Virus record (IMG/VR): IMGVR_UViG_3300020048_000070
Coordinates: 30,624-94,623 of that record
Source: a virus
DNA length: 64,000 bases
Strand: one strand, 5' to 3'
Shown: one piece after another, positions 7,398 to 18,448 of the stretch
How positions within the stretch are numbered: the first letter of the stretch is position 1
How the letters are laid out: every line of letters begins with the position of its first letter
Notes under the pieces: generated by a model
Databases searched by the model: none
Told to the model about the DNA's origin: nothing
What the model saw: only the letters and a program-made list of their open reading frames with translations
Translations under genes and position numbers: made by a program

Positions 7398-8252
7398 ATG
7401 GCTAAAGAGAAAAACATGAATGCGTACAAACATTATACTGAGAGTATGATGAAAGACGTTACTTTTCCGAATGTTGAGATGCGTAGTATAGCACACTCCG
7501 ACAACGGAATATTTACCTCCATTCCTGGGCATGCCGCTGTTGTAGATACTAATAATGGGCATGCATTTGCCGTAGTTAAAGATGGATATAAGCCTGTCCA
7601 GCATGCCGAAGTTATTGGGCTGCTGGATGAAGTATGTGCCAGTTTTCCCGAGTATGGTTTGCCTACGAAAGAAATGTGGTTGTCCAATCAGATGGGCCGC
7701 ATGCGGGTACGGTACACCTTTAAAGAGATTGATTTTGAGGTGCGCAAAGGAGATGTTATTCACCCCACCTTTGAATCCTATGCTTCCCACGATACCTCCC
7801 TTGCTCAACGCTTTGATGTTGGAGCATACCGACTTATTTGTACCAACGGCATGAAAATTGGTGAGATGTTCGCCAAATACAAGAAAAAACATGTTGCTTC
7901 ATTGGAACTGGATGTAGCAAAAGAAATGATTACCCTTGGTATGCAGAACTTCTCTGAAGCACAGAACTTGCTCATTAGCTTCGTAGAGCGCCAAGCCCTT
8001 GCCTCAGAAGTATTTATGTACGAGGCCCTTCCTTTTTCCCCTACTGAAAAATTCGACGTAGAGACTCAAATCAAGCGTCTTGGCAAAGTCATTGCCTGGG
8101 ACGATAAAGAGCCTGAGAAACGCAAAGTAGAAATCAACGCCTACGATTTGTACAATATCTATACAGATGTTGCTTCCCACAATGTTCTGGATATGAATCG
8201 GCAGCTTCGCCTCGATGATGGAATTGCTAAGGCGTTTTTATCTGGTAAGTAA
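7398..8252 (+). CDS. DUF932/DUF945-family protein
   Basis: VVKDGYKPVQH, SHDTS, RLICTNGM, H motifs typical of DUF932. Confidence 0.8.
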   Translation: MAKEKNMNAYKHYTESMMKDVTFPNVEMRSIAHSDNGIFTSIPGHAAVVDTNNGHAFAVVKDGYKPVQHAEVIGLLDEVCASFPEYGLPTKEMWLSNQMGRMRVRYTFKEIDFEVRKGDVIHPTFESYASHDTSLAQRFDVGAYRLICTNGMKIGEMFAKYKKKHVASLELDVAKEMITLGMQNFSEAQNLLISFVERQALASEVFMYEALPFSPTEKFDVETQIKRLGKVIAWDDKEPEKRKVEINAYDLYNIYTDVASHNVLDMNRQLRLDDGIAKAFLSGK

Positions 8253-8259
8253 ATAAAAC

Positions 8260-8291
8260 GTGCCCTGTATACCGAGAAGTATACGGGGCAC
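8260..8291 (+). terminator. Strong hairpin after the DUF932 gene
   Basis: GTGCCCTGTATAC / GTATACGGGGCAC 13-bp stem (one G-U). Confidence 0.55.
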
Positions 8292-8309
8292 ATCACGTTA
8301 AGGAGACCT

Positions 8310-9005
8310 ATGAAACTTTCTGAAGAGAAACTTATAAAGATAAAGTCAAAACTGACAAAATTAATGGCACTCTCTGCTTCACCCATTGAAGCAGAGGCTA
8401 CTCTTGCTATGGAGAAGTGCCGGGAGTTAATGCTGCTTTATGATATTCGCACTATAGATGTAGACCCCATTGAAAAGACCTGCGGAGTTAAAGAGACCAC
8501 CGTAGAATCAATGAGTAAATCTATGTGGGAAAGAATGCTTGCCGTGAAAATAGCTACAGCATTAGATGGTAATGCCATACTAATCCCAGTCTATGCCAAC
8601 GGCAGAAAAACCAGCGATTACTCAATATGTTTTATTGCTGGAGATACAGACATCGACATAATAGTGACCCTATATCAAAGATTACGTAGAAATATTGGGG
8701 CTATGGCTGTACAATACAGCGCCATGGGTGCCATAGATTACAAGGCCATTAGAAATAGCTATTGTCATGGAGTAGTCGTATCTGTAGGTAAAAATCTAGA
8801 TACAGTATACACGGCAGATATAGCTAATACGTATGCCCTTGTTGTCATAAAGAAAGACGCTGTAGATAATAAGATGAGGGCACTATTCCCAAATCTTAAA
8901 GAAAAGACTGTAAAAGCCAGTGTTAATAAAAATCATACCAGAGCGTTCTTACACGGCTACGAAGATGGAAAAACAGTAGGAGTACATACTGGAGTATTAA
9001 GGTAA
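8310..9005 (+). CDS. DUF2786-domain protein
   Basis: N-terminal KLxKLMALS...EAEATLAMEKCRELM; C-terminal GYEDG. Confidence 0.75.
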   Translation: MKLSEEKLIKIKSKLTKLMALSASPIEAEATLAMEKCRELMLLYDIRTIDVDPIEKTCGVKETTVESMSKSMWERMLAVKIATALDGNAILIPVYANGRKTSDYSICFIAGDTDIDIIVTLYQRLRRNIGAMAVQYSAMGAIDYKAIRNSYCHGVVVSVGKNLDTVYTADIANTYALVVIKKDAVDNKMRALFPNLKEKTVKASVNKNHTRAFLHGYEDGKTVGVHTGVLR

Positions 9006-9185
9006 TCGGTGATATATTATGTTGAAATTGTTAGCATGGATATTCTTTATACTTGTTATTATTGAAATAGTATGTAAGATATTTATATGGGTACTACAAA
9101 AATTTGAAAACGAAGATGAGATTGACCTCATAGAAGCAACAAAAAATAATAATTATTTTCCTTACAAAATAGATGAGGATCAATT

Positions 9186-10547
9186 TTGATTAAGATAATA
9201 ATAAAACAGTCTCTGGTAGTCAAAGGATTGCCAGAGCATATAGCCGAAAAGGTACAGGCGGATTTAACATTTGATAATCCTATGTATACTTCTGCACTTA
9301 AAAACGGTAGGTATATTCCTCAAGGAATGCCCCCATATATCTATATGTATGAGACTACCGGCACCATCATGTATCTACCAAAAGGCTACATGAATAATCT
9401 CTTGTACAAAATAGGAAAGGAGCCTAAAGAGATTATTGATCATACTATTGACCCAAGCATAACAGATAAAGTAAGTATGGTCAGCACTCCTAGAGATTAT
9501 CAAGAGCTGGCAATAACTGACATTCTAAATAAAAGATATGGAGTTCTTGAAGCCAGTACCGGGGCAGGGAAAACTCTATGCGGCATTTGTACTGTAGTAC
9601 GCAGAGGGGTAAAAACCCTAGTTCTGGTGCATAGTAAAGAACTTCTGGATCAATGGAAGTCAGCATTTAAAAAGCATACAGACATTACCAAGATAGGATC
9701 AATTGGTGATAATAAGTTTGATATACAAGATGTAACTATTGGTATCATAAATTCCGTAGCGAGAAACACTGACAAATTGCAAGGGATATTTGGGCAAGTG
9801 ATTTGTGACGAGTGCCACAGAGTAGTGTCTACCTCTTGGATTCAAGTATTAAATAGCTTAAATGCTAAGTACGTACTTGGTCTATCTGCAACACCATTCA
9901 GAAGAGATAAACTAATGACTAAGGGTATCTATTTTATGATAGGCCCAAAAGTGCATGTCGTAGATAAGAAATACCTAGTAGATACGGGGGCTGTTTTAGT
10001 TCCTAAAGTAATCTGTTGCCATACGTCGTTTAACGTTGATAGGGAAAACATGGATTACAGCAGTATCATATCTGAATTAGTTGAAAATCCACATAGAAAT
10101 AGACAAATAATAGATAGGGTCGTAGCTGATATACAAAAATATAACGAGCCTGTGATGATAGTATCAGACCGCGTATCGCATTGCGAATTATTGTTTATTT
10201 TATTGCAAAGGTATGCTATAGTTAAGCCTGTAATTTTAATAGGAAAACAAGCAACATCTTACAGAAAAAATGCAGTAGCCCAACTAGCTACTGGGGGATA
10301 TAATGCAGTAATATCTACTACTTCATTAATAGGTGAAGGTTTTGACTCCCCATTACTTAATGCTCTATTTATTTGTACCCCAATAAAGTTTGAAGGAAGA
10401 TTAATTCAAAGTTGCGGTCGAATACTTAGGCCATCTAAAAGTAATGAAGACCCTAGAGTATATGACTTTAGAGATAACAGTATTGTTATGTTACAAAGGT
10501 CTGGGTGGAATAGGGATAGGGTGTACAAAAAGGCTGGGTGGTTATGA
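9186..10547 (+). CDS. Superfamily 2 DEAD/DEAH-like helicase
   Basis: PRDYQ, STGAGKT, DECH, SAT, EGFD, QSCGRILR motifs. Confidence 0.92.
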   Translation: MIKIIIKQSLVVKGLPEHIAEKVQADLTFDNPMYTSALKNGRYIPQGMPPYIYMYETTGTIMYLPKGYMNNLLYKIGKEPKEIIDHTIDPSITDKVSMVSTPRDYQELAITDILNKRYGVLEASTGAGKTLCGICTVVRRGVKTLVLVHSKELLDQWKSAFKKHTDITKIGSIGDNKFDIQDVTIGIINSVARNTDKLQGIFGQVICDECHRVVSTSWIQVLNSLNAKYVLGLSATPFRRDKLMTKGIYFMIGPKVHVVDKKYLVDTGAVLVPKVICCHTSFNVDRENMDYSSIISELVENPHRNRQIIDRVVADIQKYNEPVMIVSDRVSHCELLFILLQRYAIVKPVILIGKQATSYRKNAVAQLATGGYNAVISTTSLIGEGFDSPLLNALFICTPIKFEGRLIQSCGRILRPSKSNEDPRVYDFRDNSIVMLQRSGWNRDRVYKKAGWL

Positions 10548-11057
10548 AATGGCACGTAGGAGTGTACTGTAAATCTAAAAGACTACGCAGTTTTATATGG
10601 CATAAATCTGATGTAGATTGGTATTGGCTCCAAGTTAAATTAGAAATAAAATTACGAAAATACTATGATAGATGATATAGATTTCTTTCCAATAAAAGCC
10701 AAAAAGAAAGAAAAATGTTACAGTTGGGGATGTAAAAATAAAGTACCGATGCAATTCTACATTACAGAGTGGACTCTAAAAGGAGGTAATTCTTGTGAAG
10801 GTGGAATTATCTATTGCGAAGACTGTATATTAAAAAGGTTTCCAGACATAAAAAGGAGTTAAAATGTTAATATGGGTAGATGACACAATGTATGTATCGT
10901 TCCCTTTCCTATGTATAATATTAGGGACTTTAGGATTATTACTAGTTCCATCTAGTATGGATTACTACGTGCTAAGTATACCATCTACTATAGTTAAGTA
11001 TGCATGCTGTATATATCTATACACGTATGCTTTAATAATAATGATTAAAAGATTTTC

Positions 11058-11987
11058 ATGGAGACACGCATGACAGAAATTGATTTTAGTGGTTTTATAG
11101 TAGCACATCTAAATTATTTTGGGTTTGAACCTATAGTAAGGAAAATGGGATCTTCAGCAGTAAAAATATCTACGTGTAAATACAGTATACCCAATAACTG
11201 TATACCACAGATACAAGAATTTTATAATTTTAGGGTAGAAAGAGGGTTGCGTAGCCATGATAAACTAGATAGTACTGATTTTACCTATCTACAAACAAGA
11301 CTAGAATCTAGAACTTATCTAAGATTAGCTGTAGCTGTGTGCATGCAAATATCCTATGATAGGTTTGGTAATGAACTTAGACACCACTCTTACCTATCAC
11401 TGGAAGAGATACATTATAAACTAGGTAAAACATCCATAGTAAATAAATCAGAATTTTCTCTAGATTGGAATGGGGAAACAAAAACTATGCACGAGTGGGC
11501 TGCTTGCCTAGGAATGACAACTACAGCATTTAGAAGGCGGTATAAAGAGTATGGGGTATGCGAACTTCTTTTTATGTCAAGAGAAGACTTTAAAAAGAAT
11601 AGCGCAGCGTACAAAAAGAGAAGAAATTTTGATCCAGAGATGGTAGGTAACGAAGATTGGAGAATACTTTCTTCAAGTACACCGGCACTTAGATTGGAAA
11701 GATTTAATATCCCAGTAAATAATGCTACAGCGTTAATAACAGCTATGGTACAAGATGCTGTAGAAAACGTAGAAAAAAGAGATAAACGATATTTTGACGA
11801 ATCCGTCAAATTTCTTACAAATAGCAATGGGTACCTTAAGTGGCTACTAGATGCTTTTCCAGGATGCAGTGCTAGTTATTTAATAAATGAATTACAAAGT
11901 AAGTATAATAGGTATCTACGTATACAACCCATGCTTAGTATTCACTCGCAAACTCAGGCTCGATGTGCGGAAGCCCACACAGTATGA
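11058..11987 (+). CDS. Hypothetical protein with possible HTH (NGETKTMHEWA)
   Basis: 309-aa ORF; motif resembles small DNA-binding modules of phage endonucleases. Confidence 0.55.
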   Translation: METRMTEIDFSGFIVAHLNYFGFEPIVRKMGSSAVKISTCKYSIPNNCIPQIQEFYNFRVERGLRSHDKLDSTDFTYLQTRLESRTYLRLAVAVCMQISYDRFGNELRHHSYLSLEEIHYKLGKTSIVNKSEFSLDWNGETKTMHEWAACLGMTTTAFRRRYKEYGVCELLFMSREDFKKNSAAYKKRRNFDPEMVGNEDWRILSSSTPALRLERFNIPVNNATALITAMVQDAVENVEKRDKRYFDESVKFLTNSNGYLKWLLDAFPGCSASYLINELQSKYNRYLRIQPMLSIHSQTQARCAEAHTV

Positions 11988-12226
11988 AAGAGTGTCACTG
12001 CTGTTTTAAGCCGATTGCTCCTGGAGAGGGGTATATGGTGCAAGATAAAGTATGGGATAGTTCTGGATTCCCAAGAAACGGAAAAGGAGCAGAAAGTATT
12101 CTTTTACATGTTAAATGCTTAGAAGCCATTATAGGGAGAAAATTAAAAGTAGAAGATTTTACAGGTGCCCCAATAAATTATGAAAACGGGTGGATATAAA
12201 ACATAAAAAGAAAAGGAAAAAGAAAC

Positions 12227-12610
12227 ATGATAAGAATAAATAAGCAGTTTGCTATAGAGAGATACGCGCATGGTTGGGAGTTGTACGAGACAAGGAAGCA
12301 TACTTTAAAAGATGCAGATACTACGTCAATAACATACTATGCTACTATAGATGGAGCAATAAAATCTATTCTTCGTAAATCTGCTGGTAATGGTAAAGAT
12401 TTAAAAGATGTACTAAATTGTATTAGAGAATCTGAAAAGGATATAGTAACTGCCATAAATACTGCTGGCATAGATGAGTTGTGCAGACTGAAAAAAGTTA
12501 AAACCAGTATTGATAACGAGTATGAAGAAGACGATGAAGACATAGATGAAGATGAAGAGTATGATAATGATGAAGACATAATTGTGCCAGCACGTAGAAA
12601 AATAGCTTGA
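12227..12610 (+). CDS. Hypothetical protein with acidic C-terminal tract
   Basis: D/E-rich tail ending IIVPARRKIA. Confidence 0.6.
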   Translation: MIRINKQFAIERYAHGWELYETRKHTLKDADTTSITYYATIDGAIKSILRKSAGNGKDLKDVLNCIRESEKDIVTAINTAGIDELCRLKKVKTSIDNEYEEDDEDIDEDEEYDNDEDIIVPARRKIA

Positions 12611-12635
12611 CATATATAAACATAAAAGGTATATT
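12607..12635 (+). promoter_or_regulatory. Sigma70-like promoter followed by a 12-bp leader hairpin (12656-12684)
   Basis: TTGACA-17-TATATT; TTGGCCTGTACT / AGTACAGGCCAA. Confidence 0.65.
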
Positions 12636-12906
12636 TGTGCATAATTAAACGGAATTTGGCCTGTACTAACCCAGTACAGGCCAATTTTAAAGAGGCACAC
12701 ATGTCAAGAATTATTCTGATAACTGGTAACTTTCCAATCTACGATAGAAATGGCATGCCTACGGGTAAAACAGAATTCGTTGTATCGCACGGAATAAATG
12801 AATATACTGGGCAAGCCGTTATCTTACCAAATGACCCTCCCAGTACTTTTCCTAATGCTTACTATGATGGAGAAGCTTGCGAATGGGTGCTCCCAGGAGA
12901 AGATAC

Positions 12907-13428
12907 GTGAAATTTAGCGACATACCACAGCTTACTATTCCAGCCCACTACAGAGTTACTCAAAGTTGGACTAATTTAATAGAGGCATTAGCCCATTATA
13001 CGGACCTTAGTAGAACATGCTCTCTGGATTTAAATCCAGAATTTCAACGTGGGCATGTATGGACTGAAGAGCAGCAAATAGCCTATGTTGAATTTAAACT
13101 AAGGGGTGGGTCGGGCTCTGACGCATTACAGTTTAATTGTGTTGGATGGATGCGTGATTACAAAGGGCCATTCGTATTAGTAGATGGAAAACAAAGATTA
13201 ACTGCTGTATTAAAATTTTTACATAATGAAATTAAAGTATTTGGAACTTTTTATGAAGATTTTGAAGGTAGTTTAGGGAGTATGGACCCCAGTTTTTTAT
13301 TCTGTATAAATAATCTTCCAGATATGAAGTCAGTATTACAGTGGTATTTGGAGATAAATAGTGGTGGTACCCCGCATACTAAAGAAGAATTGGATAAAGT
13401 TAGGGGTATGTTGAAAAAGCAAGTGTGA
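12907..13428 (+). CDS. DUF262 (GmrS/ParB-like) domain protein
   Basis: PEFQRGHVWT, VDGKQRLT, INSGGTP motifs; GTG start. Confidence 0.85.
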   Translation: MKFSDIPQLTIPAHYRVTQSWTNLIEALAHYTDLSRTCSLDLNPEFQRGHVWTEEQQIAYVEFKLRGGSGSDALQFNCVGWMRDYKGPFVLVDGKQRLTAVLKFLHNEIKVFGTFYEDFEGSLGSMDPSFLFCINNLPDMKSVLQWYLEINSGGTPHTKEELDKVRGMLKKQV

Positions 13429-13505
13429 TCGAACTGGTATAGATAACAGACTTAAAATCTGTCGCCCGTATGGGATTGAGGGTTCGAATCCCTCCACTTG
13501 CACCA
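13419..13505 (+). tRNA. tRNA-Leu(TAA)
   Basis: GCAAGTG/CACTTGC acceptor, ACAGA-CTTAAAA-TCTGT anticodon arm, variable arm, GGTTCGAATCC, encoded CCA; overlaps the DUF262 stop codon. Confidence 0.9.
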
Positions 13506-13513
13506 AATAATAC

Positions 13514-13590
13514 GGGCGTATAGCTCAGTTGGTTAGAGCAGGGCTCTCATAAAGCTCAGGTCTCTGGTTCAAATCCAGGTACGCCCACCA
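13514..13590 (+). tRNA. tRNA with CAT anticodon (Ile2 or elongator Met)
   Basis: GGGCGTA/TACGCCC acceptor, GGGCT-CTCATAA-AGCTC, T-loop TTCAAAT, CCA. Confidence 0.92.
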
Positions 13591-14048
13591 TTTTAAAAGG
13601 AGTACACATGAAAACTATGAAAAAATTCAAACAATGCGTAACAGACCCTGATTATGACCCCAGAAAAAATACTTATCTATGCCAGTGTGCTACTTGCATA
13701 GCGCATATGAATAGTGTAAAAATAGCAGCACAAAAACTTGCAGATGCGGTAGATAACGAAATAATGAAACGTATTTTAGATGAAAACTCCAAGAAACTAC
13801 CGAAGTAATATAGCATACACTTGCGATCATTGTTCAAATCCTGTTTCCACTTTATGGAAAGATAAAGATGGGTATATGTTTTGCCCATACTGCTGGCCCC
13901 TGTATCACCTCCCTAGTAAATCAAGACTAAGATTAATAGAAGTTTATAATAATCAAGCAAAATAGTGCTTGATTATGCTGGGCAATCATGTTATATATAA
14001 ACATACACATTTTTACATTATTAAATTTACTTCAGAAAGGAGCAAAGA

Positions 14049-16358
14049 ATGAAAATCAATAGTAAAAAGATGTTTACCCCTACCATAAGTGGTAAGCCAA
14101 CTACTGTTTATGCAGTCAACTACGATCTAATTGATACCACTAAAAAGGTATCAGAGAAAACTGAAGAAACTGGTAAAATACATTACGTAGATATCCTTGA
14201 TAGGTCCGGTTCCATGTATCAGGTTATCAACGATGTAGTTAACCATACGCAATCAAGAATTAAAAACATGCGTAAAGATGACCTTATCACAGTCATCTGG
14301 TTTTCTTCTCAAGGTGACTTCAAGGTAGTCCTAAGAGGTGCCACACCTTCTGATGGTGTAATTTCTATTTTGGACTCCTTGCGTAGTGTTAGAAACTTAA
14401 CTTGTTTCTCAGATGCTATTGGGGAAGCTGAGAGTGCTGTATTTGACCTTAAAGGGCTTGTTGGAGGATCAATTGTTACCCTGCTCACTGATGGTCATCC
14501 GGTTACCAACAACAACCAAAAAGAAATGGAAAAATGTATAGATATGGTAAATGCCATGAAAAACTCTATACTGGCTTTCAATACCATTGGATTCGGAAAC
14601 TACTACAACAGAGAATTCCTGAATCAATTAAGTTCTGCATCTAACTTCGGGGCACTTCGCCATATCAGCGATATTGGTGACTTTAATACTGCATACAGCG
14701 AATTGGTATCCCCGCTCAGTATGCTGGTACAATCAGAATTTGTTGTTTATTCCCCAGATGCGTCTATCATGTATATTTCCAATGATGGAGCTGTAAGTAA
14801 TGGCGTTAACGAATTGACTATGGGGGCACAGTCAGATACTAATAATACGGTCTTTGTTATAAACCCAACGGCTATTTCCCTTGAATCTGGTGATGAACAA
14901 GACGTACTGGATTTAAAAACTTTCAGTAAAACCGCTGGCAGCAAAGATAGTTCTTACTTGACCTTCTTGTACATGTACGCAGATTACATGTTCAATAAGG
15001 CAAATAAGCGTGATGTTGCCCTAGATATTATTGCCAAGAATATTAAAGACAGAGCGCTTGCCGATGCGCTTACCAATGCGTTCTCATATGATGAGATTGG
15101 TGAATTCAATAATTTGCTGCAAGACTGCATTAAAGATAACGAAGGTGCCCGTATGTCCGGTGGAGTGTGTCCACCTAAATACGTACCGGCTACAAATGCT
15201 CCTTGTCTTTTCGATGTTCTGAATATTTTGGCTAATGCAGATCTTGCCAAGTATATTCCTTACCCAAAAGATAATAAGTACGTAAAACCGTACGAACGCA
15301 TTGCCCGTAAAACTGTAGATGAACAAAATGCTTTTGCACCAATTCCTGCACAAGATATTTGTAGTGATATTGACCTTGTGTACGCTGGAGATAAACTGAA
15401 TGTTTCAATGCGCTTTGAAGTTCCTGGTAGAGTTGCAATCAATGCAAGAGCAGCAGAACGCGCAGGATTGCAGAAAGTATGGGATTCAAAAATTTACCGT
15501 ACGCATACCATTATTAAAGATGGTAATTTGAATATACCTGCCGCATGCTTTATAGTAGATGCAGATACATATGATAAGCTCATTGCAATAAAAGGTTTAG
15601 TGAAAGATAAGAAACTTGCTATTATAAAAGGCGCTTACGGTAACAAAGATTTTCCCTGTGAGAGCAAAGATGGAATTTTAGTAACCATGCTATTTAACAA
15701 GATTCCCATTATCAACAGGTCATACGCAGATCAAGTTACTGCGGAAGCAATTTCTAAGGCCACCTTGGAAGAGCTACGCCTTGAAGTAGATCAAAAGGTC
15801 TATGGGTACATTATTGGGAAAGCCTACGAGAAAGTTACTATTGCCGAAAAACAGGGGGTATTCTCGAACCTCACCCTGGATCAAATTGAAGTACTTAAAG
15901 ATCATGGCATTTCTAAAGCCAACGTGTATGGAGCTATCAGCCCGAAAACTGCCTTGGCTACAGATTGTGACTTCTACGAGATTCGTATTCTTGAGACTTA
16001 TGTAAAAGGATTCACTACGTTACCGCCCGTAGAAAAGTCTATCACTAAACCGAAGAAAACCGCCTCAGAACAGGCCATATTTGACGCATATGAGGCAATA
16101 ATCAAAAAGCACGGGGTAATATTCGAAAAACTTAATAAAGCGGCTGTAGTGGCCCTGGAAGCCGTAAACAAGGACATTAAGATTGCCCTGCTTGAAATCA
16201 GAAATAAAATGAGTGCAATCAAAATATCTACAGTTCTGAATAATGTCTGGTTCGAAGGTGTTACCATCGACGAGAAAGGTAAAGCAGAACTATTGGATAA
16301 CGTAGTTATGAACGTCAAGTATGGAAAAGAGTATATTGACGTACCAGTAACTGCATAA
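14049..16358 (+). CDS. Large vWA-domain protein (769 aa)
   Basis: MIDAS DRSGSM...T...LTDG in the N-terminal ~220 aa; C-terminal region unassigned; promoter-like TTGATT-17-TATATA at 13969. Confidence 0.85.
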   Translation: MKINSKKMFTPTISGKPTTVYAVNYDLIDTTKKVSEKTEETGKIHYVDILDRSGSMYQVINDVVNHTQSRIKNMRKDDLITVIWFSSQGDFKVVLRGATPSDGVISILDSLRSVRNLTCFSDAIGEAESAVFDLKGLVGGSIVTLLTDGHPVTNNNQKEMEKCIDMVNAMKNSILAFNTIGFGNYYNREFLNQLSSASNFGALRHISDIGDFNTAYSELVSPLSMLVQSEFVVYSPDASIMYISNDGAVSNGVNELTMGAQSDTNNTVFVINPTAISLESGDEQDVLDLKTFSKTAGSKDSSYLTFLYMYADYMFNKANKRDVALDIIAKNIKDRALADALTNAFSYDEIGEFNNLLQDCIKDNEGARMSGGVCPPKYVPATNAPCLFDVLNILANADLAKYIPYPKDNKYVKPYERIARKTVDEQNAFAPIPAQDICSDIDLVYAGDKLNVSMRFEVPGRVAINARAAERAGLQKVWDSKIYRTHTIIKDGNLNIPAACFIVDADTYDKLIAIKGLVKDKKLAIIKGAYGNKDFPCESKDGILVTMLFNKIPIINRSYADQVTAEAISKATLEELRLEVDQKVYGYIIGKAYEKVTIAEKQGVFSNLTLDQIEVLKDHGISKANVYGAISPKTALATDCDFYEIRILETYVKGFTTLPPVEKSITKPKKTASEQAIFDAYEAIIKKHGVIFEKLNKAAVVALEAVNKDIKIALLEIRNKMSAIKISTVLNNVWFEGVTIDEKGKAELLDNVVMNVKYGKEYIDVPVTA

Positions 16359-16362
16359 GAGT

Positions 16363-16593
16363 TTGTGGTAGGTAGTGGTGAACGAAGACACCAATGCTAG
16401 TACGGAGCAGATCGAAAAGCAAGCGGTACAACGCCAGTGATGGTGTAAACCGAGGGGCCGCATAAGAGAATATCCAGTGCTTAATAAGGCTATAGCAATA
16501 CTGGTAATGGTTTTAGCTTTCCGTATAGGTACAAGATGCCGGTTATATCCTTGTATCAACAGATCACGCTGGTTGAAATCCAGCCTACCACAA
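16363..16593 (+). ncRNA. Candidate ~230-nt structured RNA with tRNA-like acceptor stem and T-arm
   Basis: TTGTGGTAG pairs with CTACCACAA; GCTGG-TTGAAAT-CCAGC T-arm; several internal stems; no credible + strand ORF. Confidence 0.65.
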
Positions 16594-16789
16594 TTTTTAT
16601 TTAAAGGAGCATCATAATGACTGTTAAAGAAATGAAGAAACTGATAAAAACTATCCCAGATGACTGTGAAATATTTGTGGATATGGCACATGCAAACGAT
16701 GCAACAGATATAGAATGTGCAATATATCATAAAGAAGGTAATTCCATATCTATTATTATTAATGCAGATATACGTAGGTATTAATATAT

Positions 16790-17359
16790 ATGCATACCAA
16801 AATAGTAGAGAACAAGCATAAAGTGCCTGTGTTCTGGTTGTTGCCAGATCCACATTTTGGGCACTATAATATCGTCAAGAACAACATTAGACCACAGGGA
16901 TACGAAGAGCAGATTTTAACATTTATAAAAGACCATGTTAAAGATAACGATGTACTTATATGTCTTGGGGATTACATATTTCAAAATTCTGCTTACTGGA
17001 GTGACAGGTTTATTGAAGCGAGTAACTGTAGAAAATGGCTTACATTAGGAAACCACGATCACGATACAATTACTTGGTATTTACGTCATGGTTTTCATGC
17101 TGTAGCTGATGAAATTAAATTGACTATATATGGAAAAGTGGTATTATTGTCACATATACCAATTACGGGTAGGCGGGACTTTGATATTAATATACATGCT
17201 CATCTTCACAAGGGACAACACAGAAAGGATGTACCTGTAAATAGTAAAAATATAAACCTTTTTATTGAGGGGCATTTTACTCTGTTTAATTTAAGGGCCA
17301 TAGTAGATAGAGTAAATTTAACTGGGTATTACGATTGTTATAGACATAGAATAAGGTGA
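16790..17359 (+). CDS. Calcineurin-like metallophosphoesterase
   Basis: DPHFGH, LGD, GNHD, SH, HAHLH motifs. Confidence 0.9.
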   Translation: MHTKIVENKHKVPVFWLLPDPHFGHYNIVKNNIRPQGYEEQILTFIKDHVKDNDVLICLGDYIFQNSAYWSDRFIEASNCRKWLTLGNHDHDTITWYLRHGFHAVADEIKLTIYGKVVLLSHIPITGRRDFDINIHAHLHKGQHRKDVPVNSKNINLFIEGHFTLFNLRAIVDRVNLTGYYDCYRHRIR

Positions 17360-17547
17360 AAGTTATGTGGATACGTGTAGAAGACAATTTACCGCCTTTT
17401 GGAGAAAAAGTATTAGCCTGTTTTAAAGGGCAATTCAACTGGGTTATATTTATAGCAGAGTTGCTTGACGACGGAAAGCTGGGTAATACTCGGTATGCCC
17501 CACCTACACATTGGATGGCACTGCCAGTTCCACCAAAAGAAGATTAA
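17356..17547 (+). CDS. DUF551-like protein
   Basis: WIRVEDNLP...THWMALPVPP. Confidence 0.75.
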   Translation: MKVMWIRVEDNLPPFGEKVLACFKGQFNWVIFIAELLDDGKLGNTRYAPPTHWMALPVPPKED

Positions 17548-17609
17548 TGCAAGTAACTGTATGGAGCATAGTGTCCCATACGAATGTAAATAAACAAGGA
17601 GAGTAAAAC

Positions 17610-18410
17610 ATGGACGTAAGATTATTAATCATTGACCCGCAAGTGGATTTCTGTAGCCCGAAAGGTTCCTTGTACGTAGCAGGAGCTGAAAAAGACTGTG
17701 TGCGTACCGCAGCTATGATCGACAGGCTTGGTAGTAAATTGAAGAGAATTTACACCACATTTGACAGTCACTCCCAGTACCAAATTTTCTTTCCCATGTT
17801 TTGGAAGAAAAGTAATGGAGATGCTGTAGCACCTTTCTCACTGGTCACGCATGCAGATGTAATTTCGGGTGATATTGTTCCTATGGATCCTGCTATGCTT
17901 GAATGGGCAAAAAGTTATACAAAAGCCCTTGAAACTGGCGGTAGATACCCCTTGGTTATTTGGCCGTATCACTGTCTTATTGGTACCCCAGGATGGTGCA
18001 TGGAAGATACCATTATGGCGGCAATTCATAAATGGGAACGGGACACCTATCGGAGCTATCGCCCCATTACCAAGGGGTCGTGCTTTAAAACAGAGCATTA
18101 CTCAGCGGTAAAAGCTGAAGTAGAAGTTGCAGATGACCCTACCACTCAGTTGAACATGCGTGGATTGATTACCCCGCTGGAAGAAGCGGATATGGTTCTC
18201 ATTGCTGGGCAAGCAAGAAGCCATTGTGTTGCTAACACCGTGCGAGATATTATGTCGAACTTTTCTGATGCTACTTATATTCGTAAGTTGTTTATTCTTG
18301 AAGATGCCACTTCTGACGTAACAGGGTTTGAGAACCTGGGAGATACCTTCATCAAAGATTTTGTGAAAGCTGGCGGTAACCTCACCCAAACTGTTCGAGT
18401 GCTCGCATAA
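17610..18410 (+). CDS. Nicotinamidase/isochorismatase-family cysteine hydrolase (PncA-like)
   Basis: IIDPQVDFC, DSH, WPYHC, KG, AGQARSHCV motifs. Confidence 0.88.
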   Translation: MDVRLLIIDPQVDFCSPKGSLYVAGAEKDCVRTAAMIDRLGSKLKRIYTTFDSHSQYQIFFPMFWKKSNGDAVAPFSLVTHADVISGDIVPMDPAMLEWAKSYTKALETGGRYPLVIWPYHCLIGTPGWCMEDTIMAAIHKWERDTYRSYRPITKGSCFKTEHYSAVKAEVEVADDPTTQLNMRGLITPLEEADMVLIAGQARSHCVANTVRDIMSNFSDATYIRKLFILEDATSDVTGFENLGDTFIKDFVKAGGNLTQTVRVLA

Positions 18411-18448
18411 TAGGCCAACTAAAAATAATTCAGAAGGAGAACTATAAC

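Noticed and set aside
16363-16593. tmRNA or intron-containing tRNA
   Set aside because: Short for tmRNA, no alanine-type acceptor or convincing tag peptide, no recognisable group I core; kept only as a tRNA-like ncRNA candidate
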